A stretch of DNA of 63,999 nucleotides, the filler included, from Craspedostauros australis (lineage: Eukaryota): NCBI GenBank assembly GCA_030167865.1. It is 5 parts of 5 records of this genome, joined end to end, with 100 filler letters (N's around TTAATTAATTAA, not from the genome) between each part and the next. Parts side by side here need not be neighbours in the genome. Positions count along the whole stretch, not along the records: positions 1 to 22,127 come from JALAGF010002274.1; positions 22,228 to 52,705 come from JALAGF010002280.1; 3 more parts are not named here. The stretch is one strand, 5' to 3'. Below the pieces are notes generated by a model. It was given only the letters and a program-made list of their open reading frames with translations, was not told where the DNA came from and searched no databases. Both the position numbers and the translations under genes were made by a program. Shown in pieces: positions 12,230-22,924 of this stretch (position 1 is the first letter of the stretch; every line of letters begins with the position of its first letter).

Positions 12230-14712
12230 TAATAATACTCACAATGATTAAACCTATAATAGGGAATGCCCCGAGGCCTTTGGACTGGCCCGCGCACACC
12301 CTGTGGTCCTGGCTAGGTCGAGCATGATACAAACATGTGCACCCACCACGCACTCGTATCCAAAGGACACCCGCACTCGGTGCCCACGCCGTCGCCACGT
12401 GGGTCAAGTTACGGGCCTCCTGCCGCCCACCGGTCCTCCGCTAATCGTCCACCTTCGGCAGGGGTTGTGGCCACTGGACCCACCAGGTTCCGGCCATCCT
12501 TGCAAGCACACTGCTAGCTGCACCAAATGTAAAATGGGTCACGATACGCTAGTTGTGGAGTTTTGGGGCAATGAGTCGTGATAAAGTAGACTAAAATAGA
12601 GCACACCCAAAACCATCCAAACAACTGCTTATGGTGTTATATCTCAACAACACACCATTAAAAATTAAAAATAGACAGTGAATTCGGACGCTTGGCTATC
12701 GCTTATTCTGAATATGGAAGTTAAATTTGTATGAACTTTATTTTTAATGTCGTTTTGGCTTGCTGTCAGTCAGGTGGTGGGTGCGAAAAATTCTCGATGG
12801 CACCATGCTGCCCTACCTTCAGCACCCATGATCATCATCATCATCCCTGGCATTTTCGCAATCTGCGCACCACATTGGATCCGGATACCCCCCATCTATC
12901 CACCCCATGAAGATTCTCCACGGATAGCCGCATCTCATACTCCAAACTGTCCCTGCACTGAAAAGCAGAAATTTTGAAAACACGATTCCGACACGGATGC
13001 CGTTCGGATTTGGATCCGTATCTCGTCGATACGATCGTTGCAGCTCCTCCACATGCCCCTCATGCGTTCCCACATTCTCTGGCAACACACTGATGTGTTC
13101 AGAATGGGTTGGGAGTTCGTACCTCCAAAGGTACATCTCCATGTGATGATGGCACCATGGAGTTTTTCCGACACCCAAAAAACCCCATTTTGTGTGCATC
13201 CCACCTTGAAGCCTCTTCCAGACAGTATCCGTGGAGAAGACTCCGCTCTGGTCATCTTGAGTTGATTCCGAACACATCTTGTATGGGCGGCTTGGAGATT
13301 TGGGTGACTTGTCAATGGCACCCATCACCAGCGAAGTCACGTGATGTGTCCGCCGCCACCCACCAAAAAACTCTTGCCCTCAACTTGTTTCTTGCGGAGG
13401 GCACCTTCCAGGCCACCCCGACCCTCAAACTTCGTGTGCATCTTCATCGTATCCTCTTGGATGCGTTTTGCCCATCAATTGTCGTTGGAATGGCCTGTGC
13501 ATTCCAGGCAGAGACCATATCCAACGAGCAGATGTTCCTCCGAATCGTGTTGTTTGCGCGTGGGCCTGCCACGGCCCCAAATCAACCAAGATGGCATCCC
13601 CCTCTCGCTCATCCACCAAGATTTACATGGCGGTTCCGCCTATGCCCTCGGATCTTGCACTGGACCGCTGGTTGCCGCAGTGCCGATGATGCCGTTCGAC
13701 GGCGCTTGAGGAGTTTTGTTGTGTTTCTCCATTGTCGTGTTGTTGTGTTGTGTTTGGTGTTCTCAAACAGTTTTTGCTGTTGGGGGCCATGGAGATTAAC
13801 CACAAATCTACCGAATGTGCCAACCAATGCGAACACTTTGCGAGTCCCGAATTGCGCCTCCATTCCACAACAACAAAACTGACCTCACAAAGTGGACAAC
13901 GGAAACACTGCGCATCTGGGACGAGCTGCTGTTGATTCTCTGCTGCTTGTAGTTATTGCTTGTACAACAATGTAGAATGACTATGACCCTCCACATGGGC
14001 GAGAGCGGACGATACGATGCACCTTGTGACCGTCCTCCAATGTTGCCCATGCCCCCTGTGATGCGCTGCGCCGTGCTGTGCGTCGATGGCTGGTGATGCG
14101 ATGCGCTGTGTCGCTGTCCTCGTGTTTCTGGTGTGTGTTGCGACGCGCCTTTCAACTCAACTGCAGCCTCCATCAACACAGCACACAACATCCTGCAATC
14201 ACTGTACTCTTCACCTTGCAAGCATGATGCTCGCTGGTGACTGTGTAAAGGTGGCACCCCACCAACGCTCAGGTGGCAAGATCCGTGACCTGGGCGTATG
14301 TCATGTTGAGTTTGCAATGAAGCAGACCACGGACGGAGCTACAGTCAAACGCGATGGGCCTCTTGCACCAGGAGAGGCGGCAATGGTCATGGTGACCCCC
14401 AGTGATGGGGCAGGGCCGAATGTACGTTGTTCGTGAGAATCTGTGCACGCCACACAGCCTCACTACCTTCGTGATAAAACGATAATGAAAACGAGGTGAA
14501 CTTACTGAACGCCGAAGGGTGATCAATCCGTGGTATTGCAGTAGGTTGGTGAGTTTGGGAGTGATAGTGTGTCTTAGTCTTTAGAGCTGATACAAATCCA
14601 AATGAGACTTTCAAAAGGATTGTCAGCATGTGATGTGCAGCATCCATTATAGTTGGATCTGCAACATCTCTATTAGTAGTAACATAGTGGAGCGTTGAGT
14701 CTCCGTACGTGC

Positions 14713-14781
14713 NNNNNNNNNNNNNNNNNNNNNNNNNNNNNNNNNNNNNNNNNNNNNNNNNNNNNNNNNNNNNNNNNNNNN
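14713..14781. other. Assembly gap (69 N)
   Basis: Run of N. Confidence 0.99.
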
Positions 14782-15400
14782 TTTGTTGTTCACTCTCTTC
14801 CGATCAATTTGGGGGAACAAGGTTCATCCAACGGTTTGACCCGATTGTCCGTTCAGGACAGGTCATGTCATGCCCATAAGTGGCGTGGGATGGCACGATC
14901 GCCCAAACCCAAATTCAGCGGACACGCGACATCGTCTTAAGTAGAGCACGATTCGAGGGTGGGACCCCATCCCACCGACATCGAGTCACGCTTCAATCCC
15001 GCTCAAACTCTGAGCAGTCGGCCATTTGACTAACTAGACTAAATCTTAACACGACTAATAGGAATACTAGTTTGAGCTAATAGTTTGCATGGTGAATATG
15101 TGTACAACATTGCCATTCACACTGTTCATTCTGCTCCCATTCATTCAGATGATCCATCAATAGTCATAAAATTGCAAAGCTTTCACATTACAACCAAACA
15201 CTTTCACAAACAAACAAATTTCCTTTCAGCCTACGTTCCTTTTGTACACCCCGACATCACACGATTTTCTCTTGAAGTCGGTCCGGGTTACAACTTTGAT
15301 TCCTTGTACAACAAGACAGAAGAAAACCAACATCACAAAGACTCCCTTTCACTACGCTCAATCAAGAACAACTTCGCCCTCTTTCTTTCAATCGCCTAAG

Positions 15401-16535
15401 TCAACGGGCACAACCCAGCAGCAAGAAGAGCGCAACTGCTTCAGTCCAATCAGGACTTTCTACATCACACACGGAACTACCTAAAATCCAACTATGCTCA
15501 TAACTATGAAGGCGCCAAAACATGGTAGTTGTTTCCTCATGTGGTGGCTCCTCTTGCACTTGATACTGTTCTGTCTCTTCCAATTGTTCCTTTTTCATCC
15601 AATACCTGTGGGATCCGTGGTGAATCACAGCAAAGTCATCATCCTTCCATGCATTGCTGTTATGCATTGTGCCACTTTGTGGACTTGTGTCATGCTCCCA
15701 ATGTCCACGATACCTCAGCTGTCTGCTGTGCTGTGGACTTCTCTCATTCTTGTCAGGTGGTCGATGCTGTCGATCCCTGTGCTGGTGCCATTCATGCTTT
15801 TCCATCTGTTCCTCCGATCCCAGCACTGCTGCGACGTTGGCAGCATGCGGTTGGTTGTCAGCAGTATCCGTTCGGGTGGCTCCCTCTTCGTCATTGTGCC
15901 TGTCCGCAGCTTTTGTGATGTTGCGTTTTGCTTGCTTTCGGCATCTTGGAAAACCAGGAGCTGCCCATGCGTTGTCACTACCATGCAGCACCCGGAAGCA
16001 ACTGTTGTAGACGGGCATGGCAACGCCTTCAAAGCAATAATTCCTGAGAGCAATGAGTGGTGGAAAGTGTTCTCCTCCCATTCGAGCCTGCTTCAACTTG
16101 GTGGTTGTAGCACACACAAACAACTGGCAACCCAAGCAAACCCAAGCAAACCCAAGCAGTCTTGCTGGAGCATACCACACACTCGTACCTTTTTCCTGTG
16201 TATTGGTAGGGGGCATGTTCTCCTGTGTTGATATCCATAGTGATTTTTTCTGCGTCAGGATGCAAAACGACCCCTTTTTGCGTCCTGACGTAAGCTAAAT
16301 GCGTCGCACCATTTGTGTTTGCGTCAGGACGCATTCAAGAATTTGTGTGGCAATTGAACACGAAGAGTAGCCGTGATAGACTCGCTCGATTCCTTCGAAT
16401 TTGTTTCTCCTCCTTCGAAATCGCATTCCAACGGACAATCGCCTGCTTTCTTCTCTGCGTCACTGTTGTGTTTGTATCCATCGCCATCCATGTGAACCTT
16501 CCTCCAGCAACTTCGTTTGTCTCCACCTGATCCAC
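15401..16535 (-). pseudogene. 3' half of a piggyBac-like transposase with C-terminal Cys-rich domain (degenerate)
   Basis: ORFs 16535-16335 and 16334-16029 are in one frame, separated by a stop. Removing one copy of the 10-bp tandem duplication at 16131-16158 gives CVVCSSKTAWVCLGCQLFVC...NSCFRVLH, matching the piggyBac CRD pattern CxxC..TxxxCxxC..C..CFxxxH. Confidence 0.6.
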
Positions 16536-16958
16536 ACTTCATTGCAGCAGCATCAACTTCTCCCTTGCTTTCCGCATTTCCAACTTTCGCATCATCATGA
16601 GCAGTCATCTCCCTCCATCTTTCTGCAGCGCTGGCCAAGAGGCAACACCACCAGAAACAGGGTTCCATCCTCTCCGCCATCCCATGCCCCCACACGCATC
16701 TGCCATGGTCCCACCTGCAACTGCACTGTCGCCGCACGCTCCTCGCAACCCTGACTGCGGCCATGCTTCCATGGCTGCTCGCAGTCATGGCTTGGCTGTT
16801 GCAAGTGCAGATGATGATGATGTCAGTCATTGCAGTGACAATGATCATGTCAACAAAGGGTCCACTCTTGTTGAAGACTCTTCGCAGTTTGGGATGCTCC
16901 CTTCGAACAAGGCTGCTCATAGTCATCAAGTAGTCATCCCACCTTCAGAGAACTCTTC

Positions 16959-18414
16959 TGTTGGAAATCCGGGGTATAGATACTGTAGTTTAACCTTTAT
17001 TGAACTGTACCGTTTTAGAACTGTGAGAACAACATCTTCATTTCACAAATCCTCAAGTCGTTTGCCCATGATGATGCTGAAGGTGTCCTGTAGTTGCTCC
17101 TGCAATCATCGTAGCAAACCCTCTCCTTCATTCGCATCTCATCCTTCATGACAGGTGCATTTAATCATACTTGTTCATAGAGGTGTCCTCCTACACTCCT
17201 GGGATGCATGCATGCCGATGATCGATTCACTCTCTTCTCATCAGGCATCCATCACTCATTCAGTGCACTCTTCCGTGTTGTTCACTCACTCTTCTCACAT
17301 GTTCACTGGTGGTCACACTTGGTTCAGAACATGGAGTTCTGGCACGATTAGTCCAGTCCTTCGATGATGTTCCAGTCCGCGCTTTGTTCTCCTTCGGCGG
17401 TTCTCTGTCAGTCACGTAATCTTGTTCTGGGTTCTGAGTGACACAACTGTGATAGCATATTCGCATAGATGTTTCGGTTCAACTGGTCAACCCTCGTGCT
17501 TGGAACACTTCGGTGTTCCAGTCTCCCTTTTGCATCCACTGTTCGCCATGTTAGTTCGCCAATCATCTCAAAACATGAGTTGGGACACACTAGCCCCACA
17601 ACCGTGTTAGAGCTGCGAGTCCAAGCAAGTGGGTCCTTATGTGAGGAAAAATAATTCGCTCACTTGACACCAGGACCCACTGACATGCACAAAACGTGCA
17701 ACAAGGACACAGTGAATAACCAAGCAAGACGGGGCACAAAATCAGACACTCGCTATGCTCTCATGACGATCTGATCTTGCATCCTGCCCGTCACCATCTG
17801 CTCTGACGCAAGCAACACTCCATCTGCAAGTGCATTGCTTCCTTCTGTCATCTGTTGCTGCAACCAATCAGATTGTAGCTCTCAACAAGACCAAGTTGGC
17901 TCTTCCTTGCTCTGGATTGGAAGATTCGGGTCAGATCTCCAAAGAAAGGATATGCATCAACTGCTCCACAGGAGCAGGTGCTGTCCTGTTTGGTTCTGCC
18001 AAAGGACAGCTTATCCCATGGCTTTGCATGCTTGACTTTTCTATGACCCCTCAAGTTGGACAACCTTTCATCATAAACCACTTCGATAGTAATTTACAAC
18101 CTATTGCAATTTCCCTTCAGTTCACATCTATCAAGTTCACTTTGCCCTGCCTGGCTCTCAACAACAAGCGGTCTCAAGCCGGTTGAGAACAGGCCATCTC
18201 TGGGAGCGTGTCCCCGAAAGGCACGAAACATTCACTACATGTCACATCATAAGTCTGTCCGTCGTCCGTCATACTCTTGACACACAGAGGAGGAGGTCCA
18301 CAATCGACTTGGGAGTGTGTCCGACTTTGGTAGATCGGTCAGTCTATTTTTGGTAATATGGGAGGTGCGGCAATCTAGGATAACACGACATAGTCGCACC
18401 CTCGATTCCTGACA
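16959..18414. mobile_element. Solo LTR (~790 bp without its nested insert), termini TGTTGG...CCTGACA, 6-bp TSD CTCTTC
   Basis: CTCTTC at 16953-16958 and 18415-18420. The sequence is homologous to copies at 59111-59491 (inverted), 59492-59829 and 60611-61253. Confidence 0.85.
17578..18236. mobile_element. 659-bp insertion with AGT...ACT termini and 5-bp TSD ACATG (probable solo LTR of another family)
   Basis: ACATG at 17573-17577 and 18237-18241. The homologous LTR copy near 61075 reads caaacatgtcac with no insert. Confidence 0.75.
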
Positions 18415-19292
18415 CTCTTCCAGGGGTATCCTTGAGTGGAGTGTACTCAACTCCAACCTTCACAGGACACATGTGACCTGCAGCGAGGCACATGACTTTA
18501 GTTTCCTCAATGCACGGTCTGAGGTGCAGTGCACCTGCAGCAACATCCCCCAACTATTGCACCATCGTCCTCCATCTGTGCCAACCATGAATGATTTGGT
18601 TCGACACCTCCTGGGTCCCTCCTCAGTTGTCTTTCTCACTGCGATGGGGCCAGAGGCATTTGAGCTGACCTACACCGAGTATCTTGAACTCCTCTATGGA
18701 TTCTGTGAGCAGATGCTTCTGAGTTCAACAGTCAAGGGAATGTACAAGTCACCTGAGCCACGGTTGCTGCCAAAATTCCCATTGCGAGATTCCTATATGG
18801 CAATTTGGAGTCGGATTGAACAGAACGGCGCACCAGACAACTACACTGGCCATCAATTCCTTTGGGTGGACCTAGAGAATGTGGTGAATACTACTTTGAA
18901 AACTATCTGCCTTGCACATGGAAAGTTCCATCGTATGGTCACCTTGGACGACGACAAAGTGCATTGTCAGACTCGGGGCGAAAAGAGCTGCCTCTTGGCT
19001 CAGCGACTTGTGCAATGTAATCGCGACGGGTAAGTCGCCGCTGCCAATTTCTCATTACTACCGACCGTTGCAATACAATCATGTTACTAACACTCTCTTC
19101 TCTGCATCTATTGCTCCTTCTTCCATTTGCAGATTTACTTTGAATACCTTGGTGCATACGGCGTCGGGATTGGTGGTTGGAGTTGCTGCTTCCCGTGATG
19201 GAGTTGTCAACGACAGTACTACCATAATAGGACAACTAGGCCAATCAGATGGTCATCTCCGCAATGTCACCATATTGTGTGACTGTGGCTAT

Positions 19293-22127
19293 GAGGAGCG
19301 CTTCCTCTCTGGTACTGTCCATTCGTTGTGGGCAGTTCATGTACACCTCCTCTTCCAGTTCGCCATGAAGGAAGGCGCCAACGACATCGACCAGTGCGCA
19401 GTCCATCTGCTTCAGCAGCATGACCACCATCATAATTCGATAGGTGACGTTGTGGATCACTGGGGAGTGGTGCTCTTGGTAGTCGATCCCTCCGATCTGC
19501 GAGTATCCGCATGCCACAAGTCTGGCGCGGTACACGCCATTCCGCTTGAGCTTGAACACCCATTTGCATTTGCAGCATCATCTGTCGCGAGGGATGGCGG
19601 ATCTCTTGATCTTCCTGTAGACACCCCGATCGATTATGGACTTCAGCTCCTTCTTGATTGCGGCTCTGAATCCATTTCGGTGTTCTTCGATTGGGTGGTG
19701 GTATGCTTCGTTGAATGTGTTCGGTTCGGTGTATTCTGTTGGATGGTCTTCACTTGTCATACCAAATTCCGCAGTAGAGTTGTTCGTATAGACTGCGTTG
19801 CTGCCGTATAGCGCGTCGATGATTGCGCTGCCTGAGTCTAGTTGTTCCGGTGGTTCGTCTTCGGTGGTAGTTTCGTCGTTCTTGGTCTCATCTCCCTCAG
19901 TTTCGCTCTTGTCATCATCCTCCCTTCCTGCTTTGTTGTCTTCATCATCTGAGTTTGATGTTTCAGATCTTGCATGGTCGCTGTTGAACACAGAAAGGTT
20001 GCTCGAGAATTTCTTGCCTGGAATGTTGTGGTTGGCGAGTTTCTTGAGCGCGTTCCAAGTTTTCACATTCATTTCTTCTGGTGTCTTCTTCACTGGACGG
20101 GGTCCCTTCCTGCTGCGTGCTTGGTGGCGTCGCATCCGTTCAGTTCTCTCGATTTCCTTCTTCCTTGGTCTTGGCGGAGCTGTGATCGTTGCCAAGGTGT
20201 TTGCTGGTTCCTCGGCATCGTCAACTCTCGGTTGCTTTCTCGATGCAGTTGGCGTGCGGAGAATGCTTGGTGGATCTTCGGTGCTGACATTCTCTTCATC
20301 ATCTGCGGGTGGTTCGTCAGGATCATCTGGTGCGATTACATCGATCTCTTCGTCTTTGATGGGATCGTTGAATTCTTCGTCATCGTCATCGTCGGACAGC
20401 ACTTGGTAGCTGTTCTGGTCTGCAAATGAGACACGCTTCTCATTCCGGTTCGCCTCAGCGATTCTTCTTGGGACGGTTCTCTCCCTTTTGATCTTGATGA
20501 ATCCATCATCACTGACTTCGGTTGATTGGTCACCATTGGTCAGTTCGATCTGGTTGTCGCTCGGCAGGGTTTCCTCTGGTCCATAGGTCCACTTCATGAT
20601 GTGGCTGTAGGTTCGGTTCAGCCATCGCACGTCTCGACTGCGGATGACTGTCTTGGTGGTTGGGCGAAACATGGTGTACACCCCTGTTCCGTGTTGTGGG
20701 GCGTAGCCGATGAAAATCATCTCGTCGCCTCTGTTCTGGAGTTTTGCGGTTGTGTTGCCGTGTGCCGTTTTCACGACTCCCACTTCGCCAAATGTGCGAA
20801 GTCCATTCAGGTAGTTCGGGTCGTTTTCGAAAAGAAGCTGATGGGGCGAACACTTCTTCCCCTTGGGTACGATGATGTTGGACACTGCTGTGGCAACATT
20901 CGCTGCTGCCGCCCACAGTCCGTGTCAATGCTCTTTGTTCAACTGTGATCCATTCAGCATGGACCTTACCTTCGTGTAAAGGTATGCGAACTTGCGTTCG
21001 ACTCTTCCATTCTGCTGTGGAGTGTTGGGAGCAGTGTACTCGAATGACACATTGAGGCCGGCTTCGATCAGCTGTGCCTCTGTTGCCTTGTTCTCTCTGC
21101 TGTTGTCCCCACGGAAGATCACTCGATGGTCCTTGATGTGCGGACTCATCTGTTGGAGGAGTGTCTTGAGGTGGATTGGTTGGTCGCTCTTGTTCTTGGT
21201 GAAGAAGCTCCACGCGAAGTCGGTGTGGTTGTCGATGACCAGTATCCAGTACCTCTTGTTCCCAAACCTCGTGTGCTTGGTGTAGCTGATGTCAATGAAG
21301 AGCTGTTTGAAGCTCTTTGTTGCTCTTGGGATGGTTGCCTTGGCCAGGTTCTTCACGTGCGCATTCGCAGCGGCGCAATCGCGGCATGTGGGCAGATCTT
21401 CAACTATCTTCCATCCGTATTCGGCTGCGGTACGCTTCATAGTTGCAAGCGGTGCGTGTCCAAGGATACGGTGAAGTGTCGTGGCATTGATTGTCTGCTT
21501 GTCGCTAGACACGATGGATAGTGCGGCCACGTCGTTGTTTGGGTTGATTGGTCGCATCTGCACTCCGGTGATGGAACCATTCTTCGTTGGGAACACACGG
21601 TCGAACACGATTCGATTTCCGTTGTTCTTCGCGATGTTCATGATGATTCCGTTGTTGTTGATCCGGTACCCTTTTTGCAGGGCCTTGTTGGTGGAGAATA
21701 AATTCACCCACATTTTNGGTGCGACCTTCACATCATCAAGGCGAATCGTTGTTTTCGTGTTGTCCTTCTGTGTGACTTCCAGGAGCATCGAACCGATCTT
21801 GGGTGAGCTCAACTGGGTGTTGTCGCCAACTCTCACATGCGACTTAACATGGTGGATGTTGAACATCCCCTTGTCCGAGTTTGTGATGTGGCACGATGCG
21901 CCGCTGTCAGCTAGCCATGTGTGTTCGTCGGGTGTGTCTCTTGGTCCAACGGTTCGAAGGTTATTTCCAATCGCCATGATGGCCATGTCGTCGATGGCAT
22001 GGTTGATGTCCGTATTGTTCTGGTCTTCGGCTTGACCTTGGTCTGGGTTCAACGCCATCCCATGTTGTGGATGCGGTCGTTGTACGAGTAGCTCGGCCAT
22101 GCAGCTGCCTAGGATGAGGTGGTGCTC
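19293..22127 (-). mobile_element. Ty1/Copia (CoDi-like) pol fragment: protease, integrase, truncated RT; degenerate
   Basis: Protease WLADSGASCHI; GAG-pre-integrase LHRILGH...CRDC; integrase FIDISY, ILVID, RGDN, TAPNTPQQNGRVER; EPNTFNEA; RT WVFKLKRNGVYRARLVACGYSQIGGIDY and DVVGAFLHGELEEEVYM. Frameshift near 20925 and in-frame TGA at 19578-19580. Confidence 0.95.
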
Positions 22128-22227
22128 NNNNNNNNNNNNNNNNNNNNNNNNNNNNNNNNNNNNNNNNNNNNTTAATTAATTAANNNNNNNNNNNNNNNNN
22201 NNNNNNNNNNNNNNNNNNNNNNNNNNN
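22128..22227. other. Artificial scaffold spacer 44N-TTAATTAATTAA-44N
   Basis: The same 100-bp structure recurs at 52706-52805, 59011-59110 and 62891-62990; the core encodes stops in all six frames. Confidence 0.97.
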
Positions 22228-22924
22228 TAGGACCAACAGGATGCCTCCATAAGTTCTTCGAAGGAAGACTTGTTCTTCATCGATGTCAAAACGTCGCATG
22301 TGGCTTTCTCGCGTCTGGGTGACAAAATTGTTCTTGGGTGTCGAATTAGTCGTACTAGTCGATTTTCGTTTCCGCTGCTTTTTGCCGGGTGTCCCCGGAC
22401 TCTACGGTTGAATCGAAAGCCAAAGTTGTCCGCATCTAATCATGTGAAACTAGATAATACACCTATGTACTCTCTGGAAATCTAGAGATTAAAGTTGAAT
22501 CGAACAGGATCGGCCGCAATTCGGAGCAGAGCAGAGCGTTATAGTCGCACTCTAGTCGTAGCACCCGCCACCAAGCAAGATAACTCAAGAAGCCTCTAGA
22601 CCACAAATTGACAATTGCCCAGAGAGATCCACTCCGAGTCTACCGATGACCTTGTGTTGCTGTGCGATTGCTCCACGATCTCCGTTGGACAGTACACGCA
22701 ATGCTTCTGTCCGCAGGTGCTGATCAGGCAGAGGCATGGGGTGGCGATGTCATCCTTGTGCGTATTGCATGAGCTCCAGTATCGATGACAATAAGACTTA
22801 CTTTGCTATCATAGAAGTATATTATATATTATTATGTAAGATGACAACAGAGAGCAATGGGATGCGCGGCAGGCGCGTCGATCAGCTCCTCCAAATGCTC
22901 CTGCGAATTTGGTGATTGTCGGTT

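Larger units (their letters stand above)
16597..19292 (+). pseudogene. 5' half of an intron-containing DDE (piggyBac/IS4-like) transposase, split by a solo LTR and truncated by Copia
   Basis: 16597-16958 + 18421-19029 + 19133-19292 join into 377 uninterrupted codons. Motifs: VTLDDDK, NRDGFTLNTLV, VTILCDCGY (DRGY-like). Intron 19030-19132 has GTAAGT, a TACTAAC branch point and TTTGCAG. Confidence 0.65.

Noticed and set aside
22172..22183. TTAATTAATTAA palindrome repeated four times in the window
   Set aside because: It is always centred in 44N+44N, so it is an artificial all-frame-stop spacer, not a piggyBac site or biological repeat.
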